Below, one piece after another: positions 18,148-27,438 of a stretch of DNA of 46,890 nucleotides (position 1 is the first letter of the stretch; each line of letters opens with the position of its first letter). Under the pieces are notes generated by a model. The model was not told the origin of the DNA, did no database searches, and saw only the letters and a program-made list of their open reading frames with translations. Origin of the DNA: Elusimicrobiota bacterium (GTDB lineage Bacteria > Elusimicrobiota > Endomicrobiia > CG1-02-37-114 > JAHJSO01); assembly GCA_043826435.1 (NCBI GenBank), contig JBDRQF010000017.1, positions 1 to 46,890 of the forward strand, given 5' to 3'. Both the position numbers and the translations under genes were made by a program.

Positions 18148-19077
18148 TTAGTCCCGTGCTTCCGATCTCAATCCGGAGATATCATTCCTGTTATTTTCAA
18201 AGGTATTGTCTATTATTTCGGATTTAGCGTTGTTTATACAGGCGATCGCCCCTTCATTGTCGGAAAATTTATTGGATTCAATAACATTCCTACTGTTATC
18301 GCGGCAGAAAACACCCAATTTATTTTCTGTTATTCTGTTGGATATTATTTTTGTAACCGCATTATGGCAACATTCAATGCCTATTATCTTGTTCCGGGAG
18401 ACATCGCAATTTTTAACTTCCAGCAGGCAGTTCTCATTGGTCCGTATTCCACGGTCATTGCCATTAATAAAACTTCTATCAACTTTAACTTCCAACTTAC
18501 CGCAACACTCTATCCCGACTTTATTTGACTCTATCTCGGCGGACATTAAAACAAGAACACTTTCGCCTGCCGTAAAGACACCGGTTTCGTTGTGCCGTAT
18601 TGTGTCTTTGACAGACGACAGGCGCGACCCGGAATGCAAACTTAACCCGTATATGGTATTATTATTTATTTCATTGCCGGAAAGGTTTATGGACGCGGCG
18701 TCCTCGGCTGCAATCCCGGCTTTATTATTTATAATCTTGCTGTTCTGTATTTCAAGACGGGATTTCCCCCGGCAGTTTACCGCCACCATTTTACTGTGTT
18801 TTATTTCGCAATGTCTTAATATAGAGACCTTATCGCCGGAAAATTCCATTCCCCCCCGCCATGACTTATTGCCGATTATAATTTCCCTGTGTTTTTCACC
18901 AATGGCAACCAGTGTACCTTTAACAATTATGTCACATCTTTCAGGAGACAGGAAAAATATCCATGTTCCCGGCAGGACAGTTACGGTTACATTCTCCCGT
19001 ATGACCAGGGAACCCGATATATAAACCTCCCCCGACCATGTCTCGTTTTGTTTAAGTTCGCCCTTGATAGTTTTCAT
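18148..19077 (-). CDS. Right-handed parallel beta-helix repeat protein (pectate-lyase/NosD-like fold).
   Basis: Regular N-rich repeats of about 22 aa (NNKAGIAAEDAASINLSGNEINNN; NKVGIECCGKLEVKVDRSFINGN; NKIIGIECCHNAVTKIISN). No signal peptide. Confidence 0.6.
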   Translation of the reverse strand: MKTIKGELKQNETWSGEVYISGSLVIRENVTVTVLPGTWIFFLSPERCDIIVKGTLVAIGEKHREIIIGNKSWRGGMEFSGDKVSILRHCEIKHSKMVAVNCRGKSRLEIQNSKIINNKAGIAAEDAASINLSGNEINNNTIYGLSLHSGSRLSSVKDTIRHNETGVFTAGESVLVLMSAEIESNKVGIECCGKLEVKVDRSFINGNDRGIRTNENCLLEVKNCDVSRNKIIGIECCHNAVTKIISNRITENKLGVFCRDNSRNVIESNKFSDNEGAIACINNAKSEIIDNTFENNRNDISGLRSEARD

Positions 19078-19110
19078 ACACGAAAACCCCGCTCTGGAGC
19101 CGGTTTTGTG

Positions 19111-19139
19111 TTGACTTGTCCCTTGTTTTTTGATATATT
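19111..19139 (+). promoter_or_regulatory. Candidate sigma70 promoter, TTGACT - 17 nt - TATATT, for the plus-strand glycosylation genes. A divergent minus-strand promoter candidate lies in the same region.
   Basis: Hexamers at 19111-19116 and 19134-19139. A direct repeat catcgggaaggga x2 at 19221-19255 lies in the 5' UTR. Confidence 0.4.
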
Positions 19140-19268
19140 ATATAAAACTTTTAACGGGAATAGCAAATCCTTGGTAACTCCCCGCCCGCTTGCTTGCCAT
19201 TTCTGCTACGAGCGGGGCGCATCGGGAAGGGATCGTACATCGGGAAGGGAACGCTCACTGATTAATCA

Positions 19269-20978
19269 ATGACCCACTCTAAAATATTGCTCGTCCTTCT
19301 GGTCGTTGTAGGAATCAACTATTCCAATTCATTGAACAATAAGTTCGTTTGGGATGACATTCATTTAATAGTTGAAAACAAATTTATCAAAACAGCAAAA
19401 AACGCCCTGACAATAATAAACCCCAAAAGTTTTGTCCAGGTCATACCTGACTGCCCGAATGTTGCACGGCCGGTGTGGGTGCTTTCCGCAATCTTTGATT
19501 ATTCCATCTGGGGACTGAACCCCTTTGGACACCATCTCACAAATGTGCTCCTCCATCTTCTTAATTGCTTACTGGTGTATTTTTTTGTTTATTCAACTGT
19601 CAAAAACTTATCCGTATCATTAATGGCAGGGCTGATATTCGCAGCACACCCTGTCCTCACAGAATCGGTGGCTGTAGTGGGGTTCAGGTCGGATTTACTC
19701 GTAGTGTTTTTTTGTCTTTCGGGGTTTTTGCTGTTCATAAAAAGCGCAAAATCCGAAAGCAACCGGTCAAAAATTTTATATTTTATCGGGGCGAATATAT
19801 TCTATGTCCTGGGCGTACTCTCCAAGGGTATGGCGATAAGTTTACCCCTGTTGTTTATTTTATACGACTACTTTTTTATCTCGCAGTCAAAATTCAGCAA
19901 ACTCCTGCTGCGGCTCCCGTGGTATATCCCTTATCTGATTTTAATCGTCGGTTATCTCTGGTTTCTTGGGCCGAGGTTCATCTATGAAATACCAACGGAC
20001 CTCCCCCATGAGTTAAAACATCTGGCCGTATATACTTCGCCATTTACCAATTTATTTACAATGAGTAAAGTGTTTGCCCACTATGTATATCTGTTTTTTT
20101 TCCCGTTAAACCTGTGTGCTGATTACATTTATATGTTTCCTGTTTCTTATTCGCTCTATGATTTTTCAGTGATAATATCTTTAACTGTCCTGGTAGTACT
20201 TATCTCTATGGTATTTGTTTTGCTGAAAAAATTCAGAATAGTATCTTTTTCCATAATGTGGTTTTTTGTTACACTAATTCCGGTCTCCAATATTATACCG
20301 ATAGTTAATCTTGCCGCCGAGCGATACCTCTATCTGCCATCCATAGGTTTCTGTATGGCGGCAGCAGCCATATTCAACAAACTTTTCCCGAAGGGCTACA
20401 TCAAATGGACGCTGCTGGCTGTTTTAATAACCCTATATTCTGTTAGAACAATATCCCGCAATAAGGACTGGAAAGACAATTTTACCCTCTGGACAGCGAC
20501 TATCAGGACATCCCAGTCCTGCCCGAGAGCCCACTATAATCTCGGTAATATTTATAGGGAGGGACAATCTTACGAGCAGGCGATTGATTCCTATAAAAAA
20601 GCCATCCAGTACTATCCGCTCTATTCAAAGGCGTACAACAACATAGGACTTACCTGCGTTGATATGGGAAATCCGGACACCGGGCTTGAATACATTAAAC
20701 AGGCGATAAATATTGACCCAAAAAATGCAGAGGCGTACAACAACCTCGGGAATATCTATTTCCTGAAAGGCGAATATAATCAGGCATTAGAGATGTATAA
20801 ACAAACCATAAATATTAACCCCAAAATTGTTTCCGCATATAACAATATCGGTAGTATATATTTTGTCAGGAAAGATTATGAAAATGCAATCAGGAATTAC
20901 AATCTGGTGTTAAAATCGGACCCGAATAATCTACGGGCGCTCGCCAATCTCAAACGAGCACATGACAGTTCAAAATGA
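19269..20978 (+). CDS. Polytopic membrane glycosyltransferase-like protein with C-terminal TPR repeats (TMTC/GT39 protein O-mannosyltransferase-like).
   Basis: About 12 transmembrane helices with FVWDD near the N-terminus, then four or more TPR units (AHYNLGNIY, AYNNIGLTC, AYNNLGNIYF, AYNNIGSIYF). Confidence 0.7.
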   Translation: MTHSKILLVLLVVVGINYSNSLNNKFVWDDIHLIVENKFIKTAKNALTIINPKSFVQVIPDCPNVARPVWVLSAIFDYSIWGLNPFGHHLTNVLLHLLNCLLVYFFVYSTVKNLSVSLMAGLIFAAHPVLTESVAVVGFRSDLLVVFFCLSGFLLFIKSAKSESNRSKILYFIGANIFYVLGVLSKGMAISLPLLFILYDYFFISQSKFSKLLLRLPWYIPYLILIVGYLWFLGPRFIYEIPTDLPHELKHLAVYTSPFTNLFTMSKVFAHYVYLFFFPLNLCADYIYMFPVSYSLYDFSVIISLTVLVVLISMVFVLLKKFRIVSFSIMWFFVTLIPVSNIIPIVNLAAERYLYLPSIGFCMAAAAIFNKLFPKGYIKWTLLAVLITLYSVRTISRNKDWKDNFTLWTATIRTSQSCPRAHYNLGNIYREGQSYEQAIDSYKKAIQYYPLYSKAYNNIGLTCVDMGNPDTGLEYIKQAINIDPKNAEAYNNLGNIYFLKGEYNQALEMYKQTININPKIVSAYNNIGSIYFVRKDYENAIRNYNLVLKSDPNNLRALANLKRAHDSSK

Positions 20979-21015
20979 AAATAGAGAAAGTAAATTATCC
21001 CCTCCCCGAGGGGCG

Positions 21016-21783
21016 ATGATTTTTATGAAAAATAAGTATTTAGACCTTACCGTGCAAATGACATTGTCTGAGTTCAGGTTGCGGGACCAGGGGACTCTCC
21101 TTGGTTTCTTCTGGACTTTACTCCACCCCCTGCTTCTCTTTCTGATACTCAACCTCCTGTTCATAAAATGGATGGGAAAATTTGTGGAGCACTATCCCCT
21201 CTACCTGCTGGTCGGCATTGTACAGTGGAATTTCTTTGCCTCCGCAACCTCATACAGTTTATCGTCACTCATCCGGAGAGCGGAACTTGTAAAAAACTTC
21301 ACCTTCCCTCGCGAAATTATCGTGGTCTCGTCCGTCCTGACGGTTTTTCTGTCACACCTGTTTGAACTTCTCATACTTACGGCATTTCTGCTTTTGTCGG
21401 GGGCTACTTTTACGCCCCTGTTCTTTCTGGTCCCCTTAATAGTGCTTGTCCAGTTGATTCTGGTGATAAGCATTTCACTGCCGCTGTCTGCGTTGTGCGT
21501 GTATTACCGTGACATAGAAAGGATATGGGGACTGATAGTAACGGCTGGTTTTTTCCTTACGCCCATCTTTTACAGTTTGTCCGCCATTTCGGAACAGAGG
21601 CGGCTTCTCCTGTTGTTGAACCCGATGACGCACATAATCACTGCGTCCCGTTCCTGTCTGATATATAACAATGCTCCAAACTTCTCCCTGCTCGGGATAA
21701 TATTGTTGTTGAGCCTACTCATTCTGTTCATCGGGTTTAAAATCTTTAGAAAGATGCAAAGGAAGTTCGCCGAAATATTATGA
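21016..21783 (+). CDS. ABC-2 type polysaccharide exporter permease (Wzm/TagG-like).
   Basis: Six-transmembrane ABC-2 topology. Followed by a Wzt-type ATPase with a 4-nt overlap. Start taken at the internal ATG (MIFMKNK); ATG 21025 is an alternative. Confidence 0.7.
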   Translation: MIFMKNKYLDLTVQMTLSEFRLRDQGTLLGFFWTLLHPLLLFLILNLLFIKWMGKFVEHYPLYLLVGIVQWNFFASATSYSLSSLIRRAELVKNFTFPREIIVVSSVLTVFLSHLFELLILTAFLLLSGATFTPLFFLVPLIVLVQLILVISISLPLSALCVYYRDIERIWGLIVTAGFFLTPIFYSLSAISEQRRLLLLLNPMTHIITASRSCLIYNNAPNFSLLGIILLLSLLILFIGFKIFRKMQRKFAEIL

Positions 21784-22529
21784 ACGTAATTGAAGTTGAA
21801 AATCTCTCAAAAAGGTTCAGGGCCGGCGGGGAAAACCGCACCTCAATATTCAAGGGTATCTCTTCCGCTTTCACCGGTAGGAAAACGGCGGGGGCGTTCT
21901 GGGCGTTGCGGGACATTACTTTTTCCGTCCGAAAGGGCGAAATATTCGGCATAATCGGCCCGAACGGTTCGGGTAAGACAACATTATTAAAAACTATTGC
22001 GGGGGTGCTGTATCCTACAAGCGGCGTGGTGAGGGTCAGCGGAAGCATAAACTTCTTTCTGAGTTTAGGGGCAGGTTGCCAGAGGGAACTCACGGGCAGG
22101 GAAAATGTATATCTGTATGGCGCCCTTTTAGGGCTTAACCGTGGGACAATAAGAAAAAATTTTGACCGCATAGTGGATTTCGCCGGACTGCATGATTTCA
22201 TTGATACTGAACTGACACACTATTCAAGCGGGATGTACAGCCGGCTTACGTTCGCAGTGGCAATGCAGGCGGAGGCGGATATAATCTTGCTTGATGAAAT
22301 CATGGCGGTAGGTGATATATCTTTTCAGAATAAATGTTTTGAGACCATAAAGGAATTCCGGGACAGGGGAAAAACAATTTTGTTCGTATCACACTCGCTT
22401 GATTTGGTCAGTGAGTACTGCGGACGGAGTTTATATCTTGATAGGGGGAATATGGTGGCCTGCGGGGACACGAAGCAGGTGGTGGAACTATACAGGGGAA
22501 CGCCGACGGCAAACGATAAAAATGTATGA
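21780..22529 (+). CDS. Polysaccharide ABC exporter ATP-binding protein (Wzt/TagH-like).
   Basis: Walker A GPNGSGKTTLL, signature YSSGMYSRL, Walker B ILLDE. Confidence 0.8.
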   Translation: MNVIEVENLSKRFRAGGENRTSIFKGISSAFTGRKTAGAFWALRDITFSVRKGEIFGIIGPNGSGKTTLLKTIAGVLYPTSGVVRVSGSINFFLSLGAGCQRELTGRENVYLYGALLGLNRGTIRKNFDRIVDFAGLHDFIDTELTHYSSGMYSRLTFAVAMQAEADIILLDEIMAVGDISFQNKCFETIKEFRDRGKTILFVSHSLDLVSEYCGRSLYLDRGNMVACGDTKQVVELYRGTPTANDKNV

Positions 22530-23973
22530 AGTGGAGTTACTTAAAAAGCAATTATTATTTGAAAACAAAATAGAGGGTGAATACAGCGGAAAATGTATGG
22601 GGTTTCTGCTTGAAGCCGGAGATACCCTCACCATACAAAGGACGCCACCCGGAACGCTCCGCCCCGGCGACATTCTCGCCTTTGAACAAAATAACGGACT
22701 TTACGCCCACCGCATTATTTACAGGACATGCCTCAGTCGCAACGGGACGATGAGGACAAAGGGTGACATGGCTCTTGGTTTTGACAAACCCGTCAGTGAA
22801 TCCATGGTTATCGGCAGGGTCATCCGGATTGAGAAAAAATGGGGTTTCCTGGACCTGACTTCGCCATCAGGCAAAATGGTAAGTTACCTAACCGGGGTTT
22901 ACTCATATCTTGTTTACCTGATAGCGCGGCTGGCCGTAGGCACTTTCGTTTTTATGCTGGGCGGGCTCTCGCTGTCACGCAGGGTGGTTGACATAGCCGC
23001 ACGTATGAAACCCGTCCGGTTAGCCCTGCCTGCCATTTCGGTCATTAACAAAGCCCTTCACCGGTTATTCCAGTGCGGTTTTTTGGCTTTTCACCGGGCC
23101 GAACCCTGTATTTACATGGTCTTTGAGTTGCCGGTAAAATTCCTGATGATCTTTACGACATATTATTTCTGCGGCAGGACAGACCGGGAAATAAAATTGA
23201 GTACCTTAAAAAATTACGATAAAATGACTACCGTTGAAGGACAGGTTATGTGGATTGAAAAGGGACTGAATGAAGTTGAGAGATACATGGCAAACAAATA
23301 CCTCCTGTCCGGCAAAACAGGCGCCAACGTCCTGGTCCTTGGTTGCGGGGCAGGGCGGGAATCGTTTGCCCTGGCAAAAGAGGGTTTTTCCGTTACGGGG
23401 CTTGACAACAGCCCTAATATGATAAAAAGGGCTTCGGAATTGGCGCTCAGATACAACAACCTGCCGGGCAAGGCGGAATTCAGGGTTATGGACCTGGAAA
23501 AACTGTTGCCCGGCATCAGCCCGGAGTCATTTGATTATGCGGTTATGTTTGACACAATAATGTTTTTCCGCAGGGAAAACCGTATGAACTTATTCAAACA
23601 AATAAGAAATACTGTCAGGCCGGGCGGAAAACTTTTATTGTGGGATTACCATGAGAGCAGGTACTTTTTTTATCTGCTATTAAAAAAATACGGAATTTTC
23701 CTTCCGAAAACTTTTGTCCTGCCGGTTGATTTTTTTGCACGGGCATTCGTTGACACTGCGGGACACCTGGCAGGCAGGGGCGTCAGGGACCGCTCAATAG
23801 GCAATATTATCGTCCATCAATATACACACAGTGAACTGAAAAAGGAGATTGAAGCCGCCGGGTGGAAAACCGTTGAAATCGGCAGTAAACGGATCTTCCC
23901 ACTGGTTGATGACATAAAGGAAAAGGTCCGGATGGACTACTGCGTGGCCGTCCGTCCCGTTGACTATGAATAA
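22522..23973 (+). CDS. Fusion protein: N-terminal S24/S26-like peptidase-fold domain (GDSM-like motif altered to GDTL), a transmembrane segment, and a C-terminal class I SAM-dependent methyltransferase.
   Basis: AGDTLTIQRTPPGTLRPGDILAFE and TKGDMALGFDKPVSESMVIGRV match the signal-peptidase/LexA beta-barrel pattern. The methyltransferase glycine loop is VLVLGCGAGRES. Start at ATG 22522 overlaps the Wzt stop as ATGTATGA. Confidence 0.6.
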   Translation: MYEVELLKKQLLFENKIEGEYSGKCMGFLLEAGDTLTIQRTPPGTLRPGDILAFEQNNGLYAHRIIYRTCLSRNGTMRTKGDMALGFDKPVSESMVIGRVIRIEKKWGFLDLTSPSGKMVSYLTGVYSYLVYLIARLAVGTFVFMLGGLSLSRRVVDIAARMKPVRLALPAISVINKALHRLFQCGFLAFHRAEPCIYMVFELPVKFLMIFTTYYFCGRTDREIKLSTLKNYDKMTTVEGQVMWIEKGLNEVERYMANKYLLSGKTGANVLVLGCGAGRESFALAKEGFSVTGLDNSPNMIKRASELALRYNNLPGKAEFRVMDLEKLLPGISPESFDYAVMFDTIMFFRRENRMNLFKQIRNTVRPGGKLLLWDYHESRYFFYLLLKKYGIFLPKTFVLPVDFFARAFVDTAGHLAGRGVRDRSIGNIIVHQYTHSELKKEIEAAGWKTVEIGSKRIFPLVDDIKEKVRMDYCVAVRPVDYE

Positions 23974-25207
23974 AAAAAGACGGGTTGCTCTCGTTGTCCC
24001 CTATTTCCCTTACCCGCCCGTGCATGGTGGCATAGTAAGGATTTACAACTTACTCAAATTTATGGGACACATGCATGACATTTACCTTATTACTTTCATC
24101 CAGCGCCAGGAGCAGTTGCTGCACATCCCCGGACTGAAGAAGTACTGCCGTAAGGTTTTCCCCGTATCCTTTTCAAAAACGCCCCCGGATGACTCATACC
24201 CCTATGCCGTCAGGGAGTTTTATTGCATGGGGATGGCGCACACCATCCGGAGGGTTATCAAACAGGAAAAAATTGATTTACTGCATATAGAATATGCCAT
24301 CATAGCGGGCTACGTAAATTTTTCCTGTGGCATAAAAACCATACTCACACAACACGACACAAGCGACCTGTTTTTTGACAGGTCCATCCACAACCGCGAA
24401 CTGAGCGATAAAAACAGATACACCGAGTGGAAAAAACTCGTGCGGTATGAAACGAATATATGCGGGAAATTCAACAAGATAATTACCGTTACCCAAAAGG
24501 ATAAGAATGAACTGCAGGCGGTTCTGCCTTCCGCAGACATTGAGGTCGTGCCGACCGGCGTGGACACAAAATTTTTCAGCAGGGCGAAGACCGGGGGGAG
24601 GGCTACCTCCGGGAGTAATCCTGCTTACGGCTGTGCTGCCGGCAGGGACTTTGCCGGCGGGCGAACCTTCTTCCCTGCCGATGGATTCAATTTAACATAT
24701 GTCGGACATTACCACCATTATCCGAACGAAGACGCCATGGTTTACTTCTGCAAAAAAATACTCCCGCTTATTACAGGGAAACTTCCCAATGTGAAATTAT
24801 ACATCGTTGGCTCCGGCCCGACGGAAAAGATACTTAAACTTCAGGAGGACAGGCATGTGCGTGTTACAGGCGGTGTGCCCGACGTCCGGCCTTACCTAAA
24901 AAACTCTGACGTTTTTGTGGCTCCGTCTCGCGTCGGCGGAGGTATAAAGGGCAAAATCCTTGAGGCGATGTCTATGGGTGTGCCCGTCGTAACGAACAAA
25001 TTAGGCAGTTACGGCATAGAAGCAAGGCACGGGAAGGAAATCATTATCACCGATACACCCGGGGAATTCGCCGCCGAAACGGTTAAATTGCTAAAAAATG
25101 CGAGGCGACGCAAAGGGATTGCGGTAAATGCACGTGGACTGGTTGAAAGAAAATACGACTGGCGGGCAATAGCGAAACGACTGGCTGAAATATACCGGAA
25201 TATGTAA
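23960..25207 (+). CDS. Glycosyltransferase family 4 (GT-B fold).
   Basis: N-terminal VALVVPYFPYPPVHGG and the C-terminal GT4 signature region (GGIKGKILEAMSMGVPVV). Carries a GC-rich G/A-rich insert. Confidence 0.8.
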   Translation: MTMNKKRRVALVVPYFPYPPVHGGIVRIYNLLKFMGHMHDIYLITFIQRQEQLLHIPGLKKYCRKVFPVSFSKTPPDDSYPYAVREFYCMGMAHTIRRVIKQEKIDLLHIEYAIIAGYVNFSCGIKTILTQHDTSDLFFDRSIHNRELSDKNRYTEWKKLVRYETNICGKFNKIITVTQKDKNELQAVLPSADIEVVPTGVDTKFFSRAKTGGRATSGSNPAYGCAAGRDFAGGRTFFPADGFNLTYVGHYHHYPNEDAMVYFCKKILPLITGKLPNVKLYIVGSGPTEKILKLQEDRHVRVTGGVPDVRPYLKNSDVFVAPSRVGGGIKGKILEAMSMGVPVVTNKLGSYGIEARHGKEIIITDTPGEFAAETVKLLKNARRRKGIAVNARGLVERKYDWRAIAKRLAEIYRNM

Positions 25208-25222
25208 CCATTATCAACTATA

Positions 25223-25999
25223 TTATCCCTTTCTCGCCCACAGTGAGATTATGTCCTCGGTTTTCGGGACAAGGATCTCAGCGTCACTGAAACCCGCCCG
25301 CTCAAGCATCTTCACAATCGTTTCATCACTCGGGAAATACCTGTGTGCAGGCGCTTCCCTGAAAAACACCCCGTTTGTCCCCAACCGCCGGGCAACGTCT
25401 GAGTTTGCGTTTCCGGTTTCAAGAAATATGATCCCCCCTTTTTTCAGCAACCTGTAACACTTCCGTAAATTTGCAAGAGAGCTTTCGGAGTGTGCTATGT
25501 ATAAAAGCATCACTATTACATCAAACTTCTTTTTCGTACGGAAGCTCCTGAATCTTCCGTAAAAAACATTTTCTAATTTGTTTTTAAGGCACCGGTTATA
25601 GTTGTTTTTATTAAACTCCACCCCGTAACGTTCATATTTGTCCCTGCTGAAAAACGTCAGAAAATAGCCGTCCCCGCACCCGACGTCCAGTATTTTCCCC
25701 GACGGTTTATTTCTTTTGATAAAATCCGAATACACCCTGAACGCCTTTCTCCTGTCTCTGTTATACAGGACATATCTTTTATTACGGGGAATATGACGGC
25801 CGCGGTCGCTACTCTTACTGACCGTGACATAACCCATGTCGGGGTTGTGTTCCATGCTGTCAAATTTTCCCGGCAGAAAAAGCGACCCGCATTCCGGACA
25901 CCTGACGATGAAGTACATTAAACCCGTGCAGCCCTTTGTTATACCGAAAATCTCATACCTTTTTGAACCGCAGAGAATGCATGCTTTAATGTTCTTCAT
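25223..25999 (-). CDS. Class I SAM-dependent methyltransferase with an N-terminal Cys4 zinc ribbon.
   Basis: CILCGS...CPECGS ribbon; ILDVGCGDGYFL SAM-binding loop. Confidence 0.7.
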   Translation of the reverse strand: MKNIKACILCGSKRYEIFGITKGCTGLMYFIVRCPECGSLFLPGKFDSMEHNPDMGYVTVSKSSDRGRHIPRNKRYVLYNRDRRKAFRVYSDFIKRNKPSGKILDVGCGDGYFLTFFSRDKYERYGVEFNKNNYNRCLKNKLENVFYGRFRSFRTKKKFDVIVMLLYIAHSESSLANLRKCYRLLKKGGIIFLETGNANSDVARRLGTNGVFFREAPAHRYFPSDETIVKMLERAGFSDAEILVPKTEDIISLWARKG

Positions 26000-27438
26000 T
26001 TTCTTTCTATGTTACCCGCCCAGCCGGAAGGCGGTTTGAATCTAAAGTTATAGCCGGTTACATTTTCCGGAAGGACTATTTTTTCTCTTTTCCCTGTTAA
26101 ATTGCTGTACTGCGGGATTTTCCTGTAGTCAAAACCCATCAGGTGGATTGCAGCCATATCAACCGTTACAAAATCAAAACCCGCTATCAAAACGCCGCAC
26201 TTCCTGGGTGACGGCTCAACCGGGCCTTCCTTTTCTCCTGCGATTATACCGTCAATTAAGGAGAAAAATCTCCGCTGCACCTTTTTTCTGATTCTGCCTT
26301 TGCCATCGGCATAACGGACAATCCGGTTTAAGTCAAGTATCGTCCTCCATAGCGTGTCGTTGCCGTACCAGTCGCCCGCCGGCAGGTCAAAATTTACTCT
26401 CCCGCCGAGGACGGACTCCAGCGACTGCGGATGCGGCGCTGACAGACCTATGCTTTTGTATAGTTTCAAAAACGATTCCGGGGAATCCGACAACATCGCG
26501 CCAAATAACTTTAACTGCCTGTACTGTCTTGACCTCTCCGCCCCTTTAAGTTCGCCGTCTTTTATTTCGTCCCCACCGCGGGACGGGGGCCCCCAGGTGA
26601 AATGGGCAAGACAGTTCTTGTCCCCGCAGATGCCTATCATATTCTTAAGGTTAAGGGTAACGCCTGCTTTCTTATGCACCTTTAACTTGGGCAAACTTAT
26701 GATGACGTCCGACGATAAAACGCTCCGCGGGAGGACATACTCGTTCCTCTTGCCATTATGATACCGCCTGGCAGAACCGATTCTGCAGTCCAGGTAGTGC
26801 AGGTTTTCAAATCTTTTAAAATCACTGAACTCGCTGTCCCTGCCTAAATCAACATTAACGTAACCCATCGGGTCGCCTGTTAGGGCTTTCCTTTCGGGAA
26901 TAAACCCGCTGTTACAACTGAACCATTCCTTCCTTAAATCAAGCAAGGTTATCCCAACCCCCGATTTTTCCCCGTATAACTTCGTTATTTTTCTGAATCC
27001 CGTTTTTTGGATGATACGCTTAAAATCCGTGTCCACAAACGGGGCGTCGGCGATTGTTATGCTCCCCTTGCCTTTCAGGGCGATATATACATAGTCAATC
27101 ATTGCCCGGATAATTGAAGGATGCGTGATAATTGAAAATATGTCTTTGTCTTTCGGATGAAAATCCCTGACAAAATTTGGTTTCAACAATACCCTGTCGC
27201 CCGGTTTAATGAAACCGCCCAGCGGGTTCCAGGCAGGCGTGCCATAGCGTCTTTCATCAAGACGCAGTGACCTAAGCGCCTGTCTCACCATTGGATATAC
27301 TTTATTGTCCGGGTCTGTCCGGTTTTTGCCCCTGAAAGGATTTTCGGGGTAATGCCTGTTGGGGTGGTATGGCGGTATGGTGGGGTAGGTCGCTTTGGGG
27401 TCACGTATTATGGTTATTTCCGGTTTATCGTTCTTCAT
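25996..27438 (-). CDS. DUF362-family domain protein.
   Basis: LLKPNFV and HP-rich N-terminal region typical of DUF362. Its start overlaps the upstream gene by 1 nt and its stop overlaps the downstream start by 4 nt. Confidence 0.5.
   Translation of the reverse strand: MKNDKPEITIIRDPKATYPTIPPYHPNRHYPENPFRGKNRTDPDNKVYPMVRQALRSLRLDERRYGTPAWNPLGGFIKPGDRVLLKPNFVRDFHPKDKDIFSIITHPSIIRAMIDYVYIALKGKGSITIADAPFVDTDFKRIIQKTGFRKITKLYGEKSGVGITLLDLRKEWFSCNSGFIPERKALTGDPMGYVNVDLGRDSEFSDFKRFENLHYLDCRIGSARRYHNGKRNEYVLPRSVLSSDVIISLPKLKVHKKAGVTLNLKNMIGICGDKNCLAHFTWGPPSRGGDEIKDGELKGAERSRQYRQLKLFGAMLSDSPESFLKLYKSIGLSAPHPQSLESVLGGRVNFDLPAGDWYGNDTLWRTILDLNRIVRYADGKGRIRKKVQRRFFSLIDGIIAGEKEGPVEPSPRKCGVLIAGFDFVTVDMAAIHLMGFDYRKIPQYSNLTGKREKIVLPENVTGYNFRFKPPSGWAGNIERK

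Noticed and set aside
17601-19024. Plus-strand ORFs of 180, 168 and 272 aa opposite the radical SAM and beta-helix genes.
   Set aside because: Antisense shadow ORFs. The translations are Ser/Leu/Phe-rich low complexity.
22399-22521. N-terminal 41 codons of ORF 22399-23973.
   Set aside because: Overlaps the wzt 3' end by 130 nt. The ATG at 22522 overlaps the wzt stop in a typical coupled arrangement, so the extension is unlikely to be translated.
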